A stretch of DNA of 64,000 bases, from the NCBI GenBank assembly GCA_964016885.1, contig OZ024743.1, positions 140,740,001 to 140,804,000 of the forward strand, written 5' to 3'. How positions within the stretch are numbered: position 1 is the first letter of the stretch; each line of letters opens with the position of its first letter. This DNA is from Eledone cirrhosa. Taxonomy: Eukaryota. Shown piece by piece: positions 43,901 through 55,600 of this stretch. The notes under the pieces are model-generated. The model worked only from the letters and a program-made list of their open reading frames with translations. It had not been told where the DNA came from and made no database searches. A program made the translations under genes and the position numbers.

Positions 43901-46689
43901 GTTTGGTGTTTGGTGCTTGGTGCTTGGTGTTTGGTGTTTTGTGTTTGGAGTTTGGTGCTTGGTGTTTGGTGCTTCGGGCTTGGTGCTTGGTGTTTGGTGC
44001 TTGGTGCTTGGTGTTTGGTGCTTGGTGCCTGGTGCTTGGTGTTTGGTGCTTGGTGCTTGGTGTTTGGTGATTGGTGCTTGGTGTTTGGTGCTTGGTGCTT
44101 GGTGCCTGGTGCTTGGTGTTAGGTGTTTGGTGCTTGGTGCTTGGTGTTTGATGTTTGGTCCTTGGTGCTTGGTGTTTGGTGTTTGGTGCTTGGTGTTTGG
44201 TGTTTGGTGTTTGGTGCTTGGTGCTTGGTGTTTGGTGCTTGCTGCCTGCTGCATGGGTTTTGGTGCTTGGTGATTGGTGCTTGGTGTTTTGAGCTTGGTG
44301 CTTGGTGTTTGGTGTTTGGTGTTTGGTGCTTGGTGCTTGGTGCTTGGTGTTTGGTGCTGCGTGCTTGGTGTTTGGTGTCTGGAGTTTGGTGCTTGGTGCT
44401 TGGTGCCTGGTGTTTCGTGCTTGGTGCTTGGTGCTTGGTGTTTGGTGTTTGGTGCTTGGTGTTTGGTGCTTGGTGCCTGGTGCTTGGTGTTTGGTGCTTG
44501 GAGCTTGGTGTTTGGTGATTGGTGCTTGGTGTTTGGTGATTGGTGCTTGATGCTTGGTTCTTGGCGTTAGGTGTTTGGTGCTTGGTGCTTGGTGTTTGAT
44601 GTTTGGTCCTTGGTGCTTGGTGTTTGGTGTTTGGTGCTTGGTGCTTGTTGTTTGGTGTTTGGTGCTTGCTGCTTGCTGCTTGGTGTTTGGTGCTTGGTGT
44701 TTTGTGCTTGATGCTTGGTGTTTGTTGTTTGGTGCTAGGGGCTTAGTGCTTGGTGCTTGGTGTTTGGTGCTTGGTGCTTGCTGTTTGGTGTTTGGTGCTT
44801 GGTGCGTGGGACTTAGTGTTTGATGTTTGGTGCTTGGTGTTTGGTGCTTGGTGTTTGGGGCTTGGTGTTCGGTGCTTGGTGCCTGGTGCTTGGGGCTTGG
44901 TGTTTGGTGTTTGGTGCTTGGTGCTTGGTGTTTGATGTTGGGTCCTTGGTGCTTGGTGCTTGGTGTTTGGTGCTTGGTGTTTGGTGCTTGGTGCTTGATG
45001 TTTGGTGTTTGGTTCTTGGTGCTTGGTGTTTGGTGTTTGGTGTTTGGTGCTTGGTGCTTGGTGCTTGGTGTTTGGTGCTTGGTGCATGGTGCTTGGTGCT
45101 GCGTGCTTGGTGTTTGGTGTTTGGTGCTTGGTGCCTGGTGCTTGTTGTTTGGTGTTTGGTGCTTAATGCTTGGTGTTTGGTGTTTGGTGCTTGGTGCTTG
45201 GTGGCTGGTGTTTGGTGCTTGGTGTTTGGAGTTTGCTGCTTGGTGCTTGGTGCCTGGTGTTTCGTGCTTGGTGCTTGGTGCTTGGTGTTTCGTGTTTGGT
45301 GCTTGGTGTTTGGTGCTTGGTGCTTGGTGCTTGGTGCTTGGTGTTTGGTGCTTGGTGTTTGATGCTGCGTGCTTGGTGTTTGGTGTTTGGTGCTTGGTGC
45401 TTGGTGTTTGGTGTTTGGAGCTTGGTGCCTGGTGCTTGTTGTTTGGTGTTTGGTGCTTGGTGCTTGGTGATTGGTTTTTGGTGCTTGGTGCTTGGTGCTT
45501 GGTATCTGGTGTTTGGTGTTTGATGTTTGGTGTTTGGTGCTTGCTGCTTGGCGCTTGGTGTTTGGTGTTTGGTGCTTGGTGCTTGGTGTTTGGTGCTTGG
45601 TGTTTGTTGTTTTGTGTTTGGTGTTTGGTGCTTGGTACCTGGTGCTTGGTGCTTGGTGCTTGTTGTTTGGTGCTTGGTGCTTGGTGATTAGTGTTTGGTG
45701 CTTGGTGCTTGCGGTTTGGTGTTTGGTGCTTGGGGTTTGGTGTTTGCTGCTTGGTGCTTGGTGTTTGGTGCTTTGTGCTTGGTGCTTGGTGTTTGGTGCT
45801 TGGTGCTTGGAGTTTGGTGCTTGGTGCTTGGTGTTTGGTGTTTGGCATTTGCTGTTTGCTGTTTGCTTTTTGGTGTTTGCTGTTTGCTGTTTGCTGTTTA
45901 GTTTTCTGTTTGGTGCTTGATGTTTGGTGCTTGGTGCTTGGCGTTTGGTGTTTGGTGTTTGGTGCTTGGTGCTTGGTGTTTGGTGCTTGGTGCTTGGTGC
46001 TGGGTGTTTGGTGCTTGGTGCTTGGTGTTTGGTGCTTGGTGCGTGTTGCTTGGTGTTTGGTCCTTGGTGCTTGGTGCTTGGGTTTTGGTGTTTGGTGCTT
46101 GCTGTTTGGTGCTTGCTCTTTGGTGCTTGGTGCTTGGTGATTCGTGTTTGGTGATTGGTGCTTGGGGTTTGGTGTTTGGTGCTTGGTGTTTGGTGCTTGG
46201 TGCTTGCTGTTTGGTGTTTGGTGTTTGGTTTTGGTGCTTGGTGTTTGATGTTTGGTGTTTGGTGCTTGGTGCTTGGAGTTTGGTGCTGCGTGCTTGGTGT
46301 TTGGTGTTTGGTGCTTGGTGCCTGGTGCTTGTTGTTTGGTGTTTGGTGCTTAGTGCTTGGTGTTTGGTGTTTGGTGCTTGGTGGCTGGTGCTTGGTGCTG
46401 GGTGTTTCGTGCTTGGGGCTTGGTGCTTGGTGTTTGGTGTTTGGTGCTTGGTGTTTGGTGTTTGGTACTTGGTGCTTGGTGCTTGGTGCTTGGTGTTTGG
46501 TGCTTGGTGTTTGATGCTGCGTGCTTGATGTTTGGTGTTTGGTGCTTGGTACTTGGTGCTTGGTGTTTGGTGTTTGGTGCTTGGTGCTTGGTGTTTGGTG
46601 CTTGGTGTTTGGTGTTTGGTGTTTGATGCTTGGTGTTTGCTGCTTGGTGCTTGGTGCTTGGTGTTTTGTGTTTGGTGCTTGGTACTTGG

Positions 46690-49600
46690 TGATTAGTGTT
46701 TGGTGCTTGGTGCTTGCGGTTTGGTGTTTGGTGCTTGGGGTTTGGTGTTTGCTGCTTGGTGCTTGCTGCTTGGTGCTTGGTGTTTGGTGCTTGGTGCTTG
46801 GTGTTTGGTGTTTGGTGCTTGGGGTTTGGTGTTTGGTGCTTGGTGCTTGGAGTTTGGTGCTTGGTGCTTGGTGTTTGGAGTTTGGTGCTTGGTGCTTGGT
46901 GCCTGGTGCTTGTTGTTTGGTGTTTGGTGCTTAGTGGTTGGTGTTTGGTGTTTGGTGCTTGGTGCTTGGTGGCTGGTGTTTGGTGCTTGGTGTTTGGAGT
47001 TTGGTGTTTGGTGCTTGGTGCCTGGTGTTTCGTGCTTGGTGCTTGGTGCTTGGTGTCTGGTGTTTGGTGCTTGGTGTTTGGTGTTTGGTACTTGGTGCTT
47101 GGTGCTTGGTGCTTGGTGTTTGGTGCTTGGTGTTTGATGCTGCGTGCTTGGTGTTTGGTGTTTGGTACTTGGTGCTTGGTGTTTGGTAGTTGGAGCTTGG
47201 TGCCTGGTGCTTGTTGTTTGGTGTTTTGTGCTTGGTGCTTGGTGTTTGGTGTTTGGCGTTTGGTGCTTGGTGCTTGGTATCTGGTTTTTGGTGCTTGATG
47301 TTTGGTGTTTGGTGCTTGGTGCTTGGTGCTTGGTGTTTGGTGTTTCGTGTTTGATGCTTGGTGTTTGCTGCTTGGTGCTTGGTGCTAGGTGTTTTGTGTT
47401 TGGTGCTTGGTGCTTGGTGCCTGCTGCTTGGTGCTTGGTGCTTGTTGTTTGGTGCTTGGTGCTTGGTGATTAGTGTTTGGTGCTTGGTGCTTGCGGTTTG
47501 GTGTTTGGTGCTTGGGGTTTGGTATTTGGTGCTTGGTGCTTGGTGTTTGGTGCTTGGTGCCTGGTGCTTGGTGTTTGGTGCTTGGTGCTTGGTGTTTGGT
47601 GCTTGGTGCTTGGTGTTTGGTGTTTGGCGTTAGCTGTTTGCTGTTTGGTGTTTGGTGTTTGCTGTTTGGTGTTTGCTGTTTGGTGTTTGGTGTTTGGTGC
47701 TTGCTGTTTGGTGCTTGGTGCTTGGTGTTTGGTGTTTGGTGTTTGGTGCTTGGTGCTTGGTGTTTGGTGCTTGGTGCTTGGTGCTGGGTGTTTGGTGCTT
47801 GGTGCTTGGTGTTTGGTGCTTGGTGCTTGGTGCCTGGTGTTTGGTCCTTGGTGCTTGGTGCTTGGTGCTTGGTGCTTGCTGTTTGGTGTTTGGTGTTTGG
47901 TTCTTGGTGCTTGGTGTTTGGTGTTTGGTGTTTGGTGCTTGGTGCTTGGTGTTTGGTGCTTGGTGCTTGGTGCTTGGTGATTAGTGTTTGGTGATTGGTT
48001 CTTGGGGTTTGGTGTTTGGTGCTTGGTGTTTGGTGCTTGGTGCTTGCTGTTTGGTGTTTGGTGTTTGGTTCTTGGTGCTTGGTGTTTGGTGTTTGGTGTT
48101 TGGTGCTTGGTGCTTGGTGCTTGGTGTTTGGTGCTTGGTGCTTGGTGCTTGGTGTTTGGTGCTGCGTGCTTGGTGTTTGGTGTTTGGTGCTTGGTGCCTG
48201 GGGCTTGTTGTTTGGTGTTTGGTGCTTAGTGCTTGGTGTTTGGTGTTTGGTGCTTGGTGCTTGGTGGCTGGTGCTTGGTGCTTGGTGTTTGGAGTTTGGT
48301 GCTTGGTGCTTGGTGCCTGGTGTTTCGTGCTTGGTGCTTGGTGCTTGGTGTTTGTTGTTTGGTGTTTGGTGTTTGGTGTTTGGTACTTGGTGCTTGGTGC
48401 TTGGTGTTTGGTGCTTGGTGTTTGGTGATTGGTGCTTGGTGCTTGGTGCTTGGTGCTTGGTGTTAGGTGTTTGGTCCTTGGTGCTTGTTGTTTGGTGTTT
48501 TGTGCTTGGTGCTTGGCGTTTGGTGTTTGGCGCTAGGGGCTTGGTGCTTGATGCTTGGTGTTTGGTGCTTGGTGCTTGCTGTTTGGTGTTTGGTGCTTGG
48601 TGCGTGGGACTTAGTGTTTGGTGTTTGGTGTTTGGTGTTTGGTGCTTGGTGTTTGGTGCTTGGTGCTTGGTGTTTGGTGTTTGGTGCTTAGTGCTTGGGG
48701 CTTGGTGTTTGGTGCTTGGTGTTTGGTGTTTGGTGCTTGGTGCTTGGTGTTTGGCGCTTGGTGCTTGGTGCTTGGTGTTTGGTGCTTGGTGCTTGGTGCT
48801 TGGTGCTTGGTGATTAGTGTTTGGTGCTTGGTGCTTGGTGCCTGGTGCTTGGTGCTTGGTGCTTGTTGTTTGGTGCTTGGTGTTTGGTGCTTGGTGTTTG
48901 GTGCTTGGTGCTTGGTGTTTGGTGTTTGGTGCTTGGTGCTTGGGGCTTGGTCTTTGGTGCTTAGTGTTTGGTGCTTGGTGTTTGGTGCTTGGTGCTTGGT
49001 GCTTGGTGTTTGGTGTTTGGTGTTTGGTGCTTGGTGTTTGGTGCTTGGTGCTTGGTGCTGGGTGGTTGGTGTTTGGTGTTTGGTGCTTGGTGCTTCGTGC
49101 TTATTGTTTGGTGCTTGGTGCTTGGTGCTTGGTGCTTGGTCTTTGGTGCTTGGTGTTTGGTGTTTGGTACTTGGTGCCTGGTGTTTGGCGCTTGGTGCTT
49201 GGTGCTTGGTGTTTGGTGCTTGGTGTTTGGTGCTTGGTGATTAGTGTTTGGTGCTTGGTGCTTGGTGCCTGGTGCTTGGTGCTTGGTGCTTGATGTTTGG
49301 TGCTTGGTGCTTGGTGCTTGGTGCTTGGTTCTTGGTGTTAGGTGTTTGGTGCTTGGTGATTGGTGTTTGATGTTAGGTTCTTGGTGCTTGGTGTTTGGTG
49401 CTTGCTGCTTGGTGCTTGGTGTTTTGTGTTTGGAGTTTGGTGCTTGGTGTTTGGTGCTTCGGTCTTGGTGTTTGGTGTTTGGTGCTTGGTGCCTGGGGCT
49501 TGTTGTTTGGTGTTTGGTGCTTAGTGCTTGGTGTTTGGTGTTTGGTGCTTGGTGCTTGGTGGCTGGTGCTTGGTGCTTGGTGTTTGCAGTTTGGTGCTTG

Positions 49601-52600
49601 GTGCTTGGTGCCTGGTGTTTCGTGCTTGGTGCTTGGTGCTTGGTGTTTGGTGTTTGGTGCTTGGTGTTTGGTGTTTGGTACTTGGTGCTTGGTGCTTGGT
49701 GTTTGGTGCTTGGTGTTTGGTGCTTGGTGCTTGGTGCTTCGTGCTTGGTGTCAGGTGTTTGGTGCTTGGTGCTTGGTGTTTGGTGCTTGGTGCTTGGTGT
49801 TTGGTGCTTGGTGCTTTGTGTTTGGTGCTTGGTGTTTGGTGCTTGGTGCTTGGTGCTTGGTTCTTGGTGTTAGGTGTTTGGTGCTTGGTGATTGGTGTTT
49901 GATGTTAGGTTCTTGGTGCTTGGTGTTTGGTGCTTGCTGCTTGGTGCTTGGTGTTTTGTGTTTGGAGTTTGGTGCTTGGTGTTTGGTGCTTCGGTCTTGG
50001 TGTTTGGTGTTTGGTGCTTGGTGCCTGGGGCTTGTTGTTTGGTGTTTGGTGCTTAGTGCTTGGTGTTTGGTGTTTGGTGCTTGGTGCTTGGTGGCTGGTG
50101 CTTGGTGCTTGGTGTTTGCAGTTTGGTGCTTGGTGCTTGGTGCCTGGTGTTTCGTGCTTGGTGCTTGGTGCTTGGTGTTTGGTGTTTGGTGCTTGGTGTT
50201 TGGTGTTTGGTACTTGGTGCTTGGTGCTTGGTGTTTGGTGCTTGGTGTTTGGTGCTTGGTGCTTGGTGCTTCGTGCTTGGTGTCAGGTGTTTGGTGCTTG
50301 GTGCTTGGTGTTTGATGTTTGGTCCTTGGTGCTTGTTGTTTGGTGTTTGGTGCTTCGTGCTTGGTGTTTGGTGTTTGGTGCTTGCTGCTTGCTGCTTGGT
50401 GTTTGGTGCTTGGTGATTGGTGCTTGGTGTTTTGTGCTTGGTGCTTGGTGTTTGGTGTTTGCTGCTAGGGGCTTGGTGCTTGATGCTTGGTGTTTGGTGC
50501 TTGGTGCTTGCTGTTTGGTGTTTGGTGCTTGGTGCGTGGGACTTAGTGTTTGGTGTTCGGTGCTTGGTGTTTGGTGCTTGGTGTTTGGTGCTTGGTGCTT
50601 GGTGTTTGGTGTTTGGTGCTTGGTGCTTGGGGCTTGGTCTTTGGTGCTTAGTGTTTGGTGCTTGGTGTTTGGTGCTTGGTGCTTGGTGCTTGGTGTTTGG
50701 TGTTTGGTGTTTGGTGCTTGGTGTTTGGTGCTTGTTGCTTGGTGCTGGGTGGTTGGTGTTTGGTGTTTGGTGCTTGGTGCTTGGTGCTTATTGTTTGGTG
50801 CTTGGTGCTTGGTGCTTGGTGCTTGGTCTTTGGTGCTTGGTGTTTGGTGTTTGGTGCTTGGTGCCTGGTGTTTGGCGCTTGGTGCTTGGTGCTTGGTGTT
50901 TGGTGCTTGGTGTTTGGTGCTTGGTGATTAGTGTTTGGTGCTTGGTGCTTGGTGCCTGGTGCTTGGTGCTTGGTGCTTGATGTTTGGTGCTTGGTGCTTG
51001 GTGATTAGTGTTTGGTGCTTGGTGCTTTGGGTTTGGTGTTTGGTGCTTGGGGTTTGGTGTTTGGTGCTTGGTGCTTGGTGTTTGGTGCTTGGTGCTTGGT
51101 GTTTGGTGCTTCGTGCTTTGTGTTTGGTGCTTGGTGTTTGGTGCTTGGTGCTTGGTGCTTGGTGCTTGGTGTTAGGTGTTTGGTGCTTGATGATTGGTGT
51201 TTGATGTTAGGTTCTTGGTGCTTGGTGTTTGGTGCTTGGTGCTTGGTGCTTGGTGTTTGGTGTTTGGTGCTTGCTGCTTGGTGCTTGCTGTTTGGTGTTT
51301 GGTGCTTGGTGCGTGGGACTTAGTGTTTGGTGTTTGGTGTTTGGTGTTTGGTGCTTGGTGTTTGGTGCTTGGTGCTTGGTGTTTGGTGTTTGGTGCTTAG
51401 TGCTTGGGGCTTGGTGTTTGGTGCTTGGTGTTTGGTGTTTGGTGCTTGGTGCTTGGTGTTTGGCGCTTGGTGCTTGGTGCTTGGTGTTTGGTGCTTGGTG
51501 CTTGGTGCTTGGTGCTTGGTGATTAGTGTTTGGTGCTTGGTGCTTGGTGCCTGGTGCTTGGTGCTTGGTGCTTGTTGTTTGGTGCTTGGTGTTTGGTGCT
51601 TGGTGTTTGGTGCTTGGTGCTTGGTGTTTGGTGTTTGGTGCTTGGTGCTTGGGGCTTGGTCTTTGGTGCTTAGTGTTTGGTGCTTGGTGTTTGGTGCTTG
51701 GTGCTTGGTGCTTGGTGTTTGGTGTTTGGTGTTTGGTGCTTGGTGTTTGGTGCTTGGTGCTTGGTGCTGGGTGGTTGGTGTTTGGTGTTTGGTGCTTGGT
51801 GCTTCGTGCTTATTGTTTGGTGCTTGGTGCTTGGTGCTTGGTGCTTGGTCTTTGGTGCTTGGTGTTTGGTGTTTGGTACTTGGTGCCTGGTGTTTGGCGC
51901 TTGGTGCTTGGTGCTTGGTGTTTGGTGCTTGGTGTTTGGTGCTTGGTGATTAGTGTTTGGTGCTTGGTGCTTGGTGCCTGGTGCTTGGTGCTTGGTGCTT
52001 GATGTTTGGTGCTTGGTGCTTGGTGATTAGTGTTTGGTGCTTGGTGCTTTGGGTTTGGTGTTTGGTGCTTGGGGTTGGTGTTTGGTGCTTGGTGCTTGGT
52101 GTTTGGTGCTTGGTGCTTGGTGTTTGGTGCTTGGTGCTTTGTGTTTGGTGCTTGGTGTTTGGTGCTTGGTGCTTGGTGCTTGGTTCTTGGTGTTAGGTGT
52201 TTGGTGCTTGGTGATTGGTGTTTGATGTTAGGTTCTTGGTGCTTGGTGTTTGGTGCTTGCTGCTTGGTGCTTGGTGTTTTGTGTTTGGAGTTTGGTGCTT
52301 GGTGTTTGGTGCTTCGGTCTTGGTGTTTGGTGTTTGGTGCTTGGTGCCTGGGGCTTGTTGTTTGGTGTTTGGTGCTTAGTGCTTGGTGTTTGGTGTTTGG
52401 TGCTTGGTGCTTGGTGGCTGGTGCTTGGTGCTTGGTGTTTGCAGTTTGGTGCTTGGTGCTTGGTGCCTGGTGTTTCGTGCTTGGTGCTTGGTGCTTGGTG
52501 TTTGGTGTTTGGTGCTTGGTGTTTGGTGTTTGGTACTTGGTGCTTGGTGCTTGGTGTTTGGTGCTTGGTGTTTGGTGCTTGGTGCTTGGTGCTTCGTGCT

Positions 52601-55600
52601 TGGTGTCAGGTGTTTGGTGCTTGGTGCTTGGTGTTTGATGTTTGGTCCTTGGTGCTTGTTGTTTGGTGTTTGGTGCTTCGTGCTTGGTGTTTGGTGTTTG
52701 GTGCTTGCTGCTTGCTGCTTGGTGTTTGGTGCTTGGTGATTGGTGCTTGGTGTTTTGTGCTTGGTGCTTGGTGTTTGGTGTTTGCTGCTAGGGGCTTGGT
52801 GCTTGATGCTTGGTGTTTGGTGCTTGGTGCTTGCTGTTTGGTGTTTGGTGCTTGGTGCGTGGGACTTAGTGTTTGGTGTTCGGTGCTTGGTGTTTGGTGC
52901 TTGGTGTTTGGTGCTTGGTGCTTGGTGTTTGGTGTTTGGTGCTTGGTGCTTGGGGCTTGGTCTTTGGTGCTTAGTGTTTGGTGCTTGGTGTTTGGTGCTT
53001 GGTGCTTGGTGCTTGGTGTTTGGTGTTTGGTGTTTGGTGCTTGGTGTTTGGTGCTTGTTGCTTGGTGCTGGGTGGTTGGTGTTTGGTGTTTGGTGCTTGG
53101 TGCTTGGTGCTTATTGTTTGGTGCTTGGTGCTTGGTGCTTGGTGCTTGGTCTTTGGTGCTTGGTGTTTGGTGTTTGGTGCTTGGTGCCTGGTGTTTGGCG
53201 CTTGGTGCTTGGTGCTTGGTGTTTGGTGCTTGGTGTTTGGTGCTTGGTGATTAGTGTTTGGTGCTTGGTGCTTGGTGCCTGGTGCTTGGTGCTTGGTGCT
53301 TGATGTTTGGTGCTTGGTGCTTGGTGATTAGTGTTTGGTGCTTGGTGCTTTGGGTTTGGTGTTTGGTGCTTGGGGTTTGGTGTTTGGTGCTTGGTGCTTG
53401 GTGTTTGGTGCTTGGTGCTTGGTGTTTGGTGCTTGGTGCTTTGTGTTTGGTGCTTGGTGTTTGGTGCTTGGTGCTTGGTGCTTGGTGCTTGGTGTTAGGT
53501 GTTTGGTGCTTGATGATTGGTGTTTGATGTTAGGTTCTTGGTGCTTGGTGTTTGGTGCTTGGTGCTTGGTGCTTGGTGTTTGGTGTTTGGTGCTTGCTGC
53601 TTGGTGCTTGGTGTTTTGTGTTTGGATTTTGGTGCTTGGTGTTTGGTGCTTCGGTCTTGGTGTTTGGTGTTTGGTGCTTGGTGCTTGGTGTTTGGTGTTT
53701 GGTGCCTGGTGCTTGGTGTTCGGTGCTTGGTGTTTGGTGTTTGGTGATTGGTGCTTGGTGTTTGGTGCTTGGTGCTTGGTGCTTGGTGCTTGGTGTTAGG
53801 CGTTTGGTGCTTGGTGCTTGGTGTTTGATGTTTGGTCCATTGTGCTTGGTGTTTGGTATTTTGTGCTTGGTGCTTGGTGTTTGGTGTTTGGTGCTTGGTG
53901 CTTGGTATTTGGTGTTTGGTGCTTGCTGCTTGCTGCTTGGTGTTTGGTACTAGGGGCTTGGTGCTTGGTGTTTCGTGTTTGGTGCTTGGTGCTTGGTGTT
54001 TGGTGTTTGGTGCTTGGTGCGTGGGACTTGGTCTTTGGTGCTTGGTGTTTGGTGCTTGGTGTTTGGTGCTTGGTGCCGGGTGCTTGGTGCTTGGTGTTTG
54101 GTGTTTGGTGCTTGGTGATTGGTGTTTGATGTTTGGTCCTTGGTGCTTGGTGTTTGGTGTTGTGTGCTTGGTGATTGGTGCTTGGTGTTTGGTGCTTGGT
54201 TCTTGGTGCTTGGTGTTTGGCGTTTGCTGTTTGCTGTTTGGTGGTTGGTGTTTGCTGTTTGGTGTTTGCTGTTTGGTGTTTGGTGTTTGGTGCTTGCTGT
54301 TTGGTGCTTGGTGCTTGGTGTTTGGTGTTTGGTGCTTGGTGTTTGGTGCTTGGTGCTTGGTGCTGGGTGTTTGGTGCTTGGTGCTTGGTGTTTGGTGCTT
54401 GGTGCTTGGTGCTTGGTGTTTGGTCCTTGGTGCTTGGTGCTTGGTGTTTGGTGCTTGCTGCTTGGTGCTTGGTGTTTGGTGCTTGGTGCTTGGTGATTAG
54501 TGTTTGGTGATTGGTGCTTGGGGTTTGGTGTTTAGGGCTTTGTGTTTGGTGCTTGGTGCTTGCTGTTTGGTGTTTGGTGCTGGGTGTTAGGTGCTTGGTG
54601 CTTGGTGTTTGGTGCTTGGTGCTTGGTGCTTGGTGCTTGGTGTTTGGTGCTTGGTGCTTGGTGCTTGGTGCTTGCTGTTTGGTGTTTGGTGTTTGGTTCT
54701 TGGTGCTTGGTGTTTGGTGTTTGGTGTTTGGTGCTTGGTGCTTGGTGCTTGGTGTTTGGTGCTTGGGGTTTGGTGTTTGGTGCTTGGTGTTTGGTGCTTG
54801 GTGCTTGCTGTTTGGTGTTTGGTGTTTGGTTCTTGGTGTTTGGTGTTTGGTATTTGGTGTTTGGTGCTTGGTGCTTGGTGCTTGGTGTTTGGTGCTTGGT
54901 GCTTGGTGCTTGGTGTTTTGTGTTTGGTGCTTGGTACTTGGTGATTAGTGTTTGGTGCTTGGTGCTTGCGGTTTGGTGTTTGGTGCTTGGGGTTTGGTGT
55001 TTGGTGCTTGGTGCTTGCTGCTTGGTGCTTGGTGTTTGGTGCTTGGTGCTTGGTGTTTGGTGTTTGGTGCTTGGGGTTTGGTGTTTGGTGCTTGGTGCTT
55101 GGAGTTTGGTGCTTGGTGCTTGGTGTTTGGAGTTTGGTGCTTGGTGCTTGGTGCCTGGTGCTTGTTGTTTGGTGTTTGGTGCTTAGTGGTTGGTGTTTGG
55201 TGTTTGGTGCTTGGTGTTTGGTGGCTGGTGTTTGGTGCTTGGTGTTTGGAGTTTGGTGTTTGGTGCTTGGTGCCTGGTGTTTCGTGCTTGTTGCCTGGTG
55301 CTTTGGTGTCTGGTGTTTGGTGCTTGGTGCTTGGTGTTTGGTGTTTGGTGCTTGGGGTTTGGTGTTTGGTGCTTGGTGCTTGGAGTTTGGTGCTTGGTGC
55401 TTGGTGTTTGGAGTTTGGTGCTTGGTGCTTGCTGCCTGGTGCTTGTTGTTTGGTGTTTGGTGCTTAGTGGTTGGTGTTTGGTGTTTGGTGCTTGGTGCTT
55501 GGTGGCTGGTGTTTGGTGCTTGGTGTTTGGAGTTTGGTGTTTGGTGCTTGGTGCCTGGTGTTTCGTGCTTGGTGCTTGGTGCTTGGTGTCTGGTGTTTGG

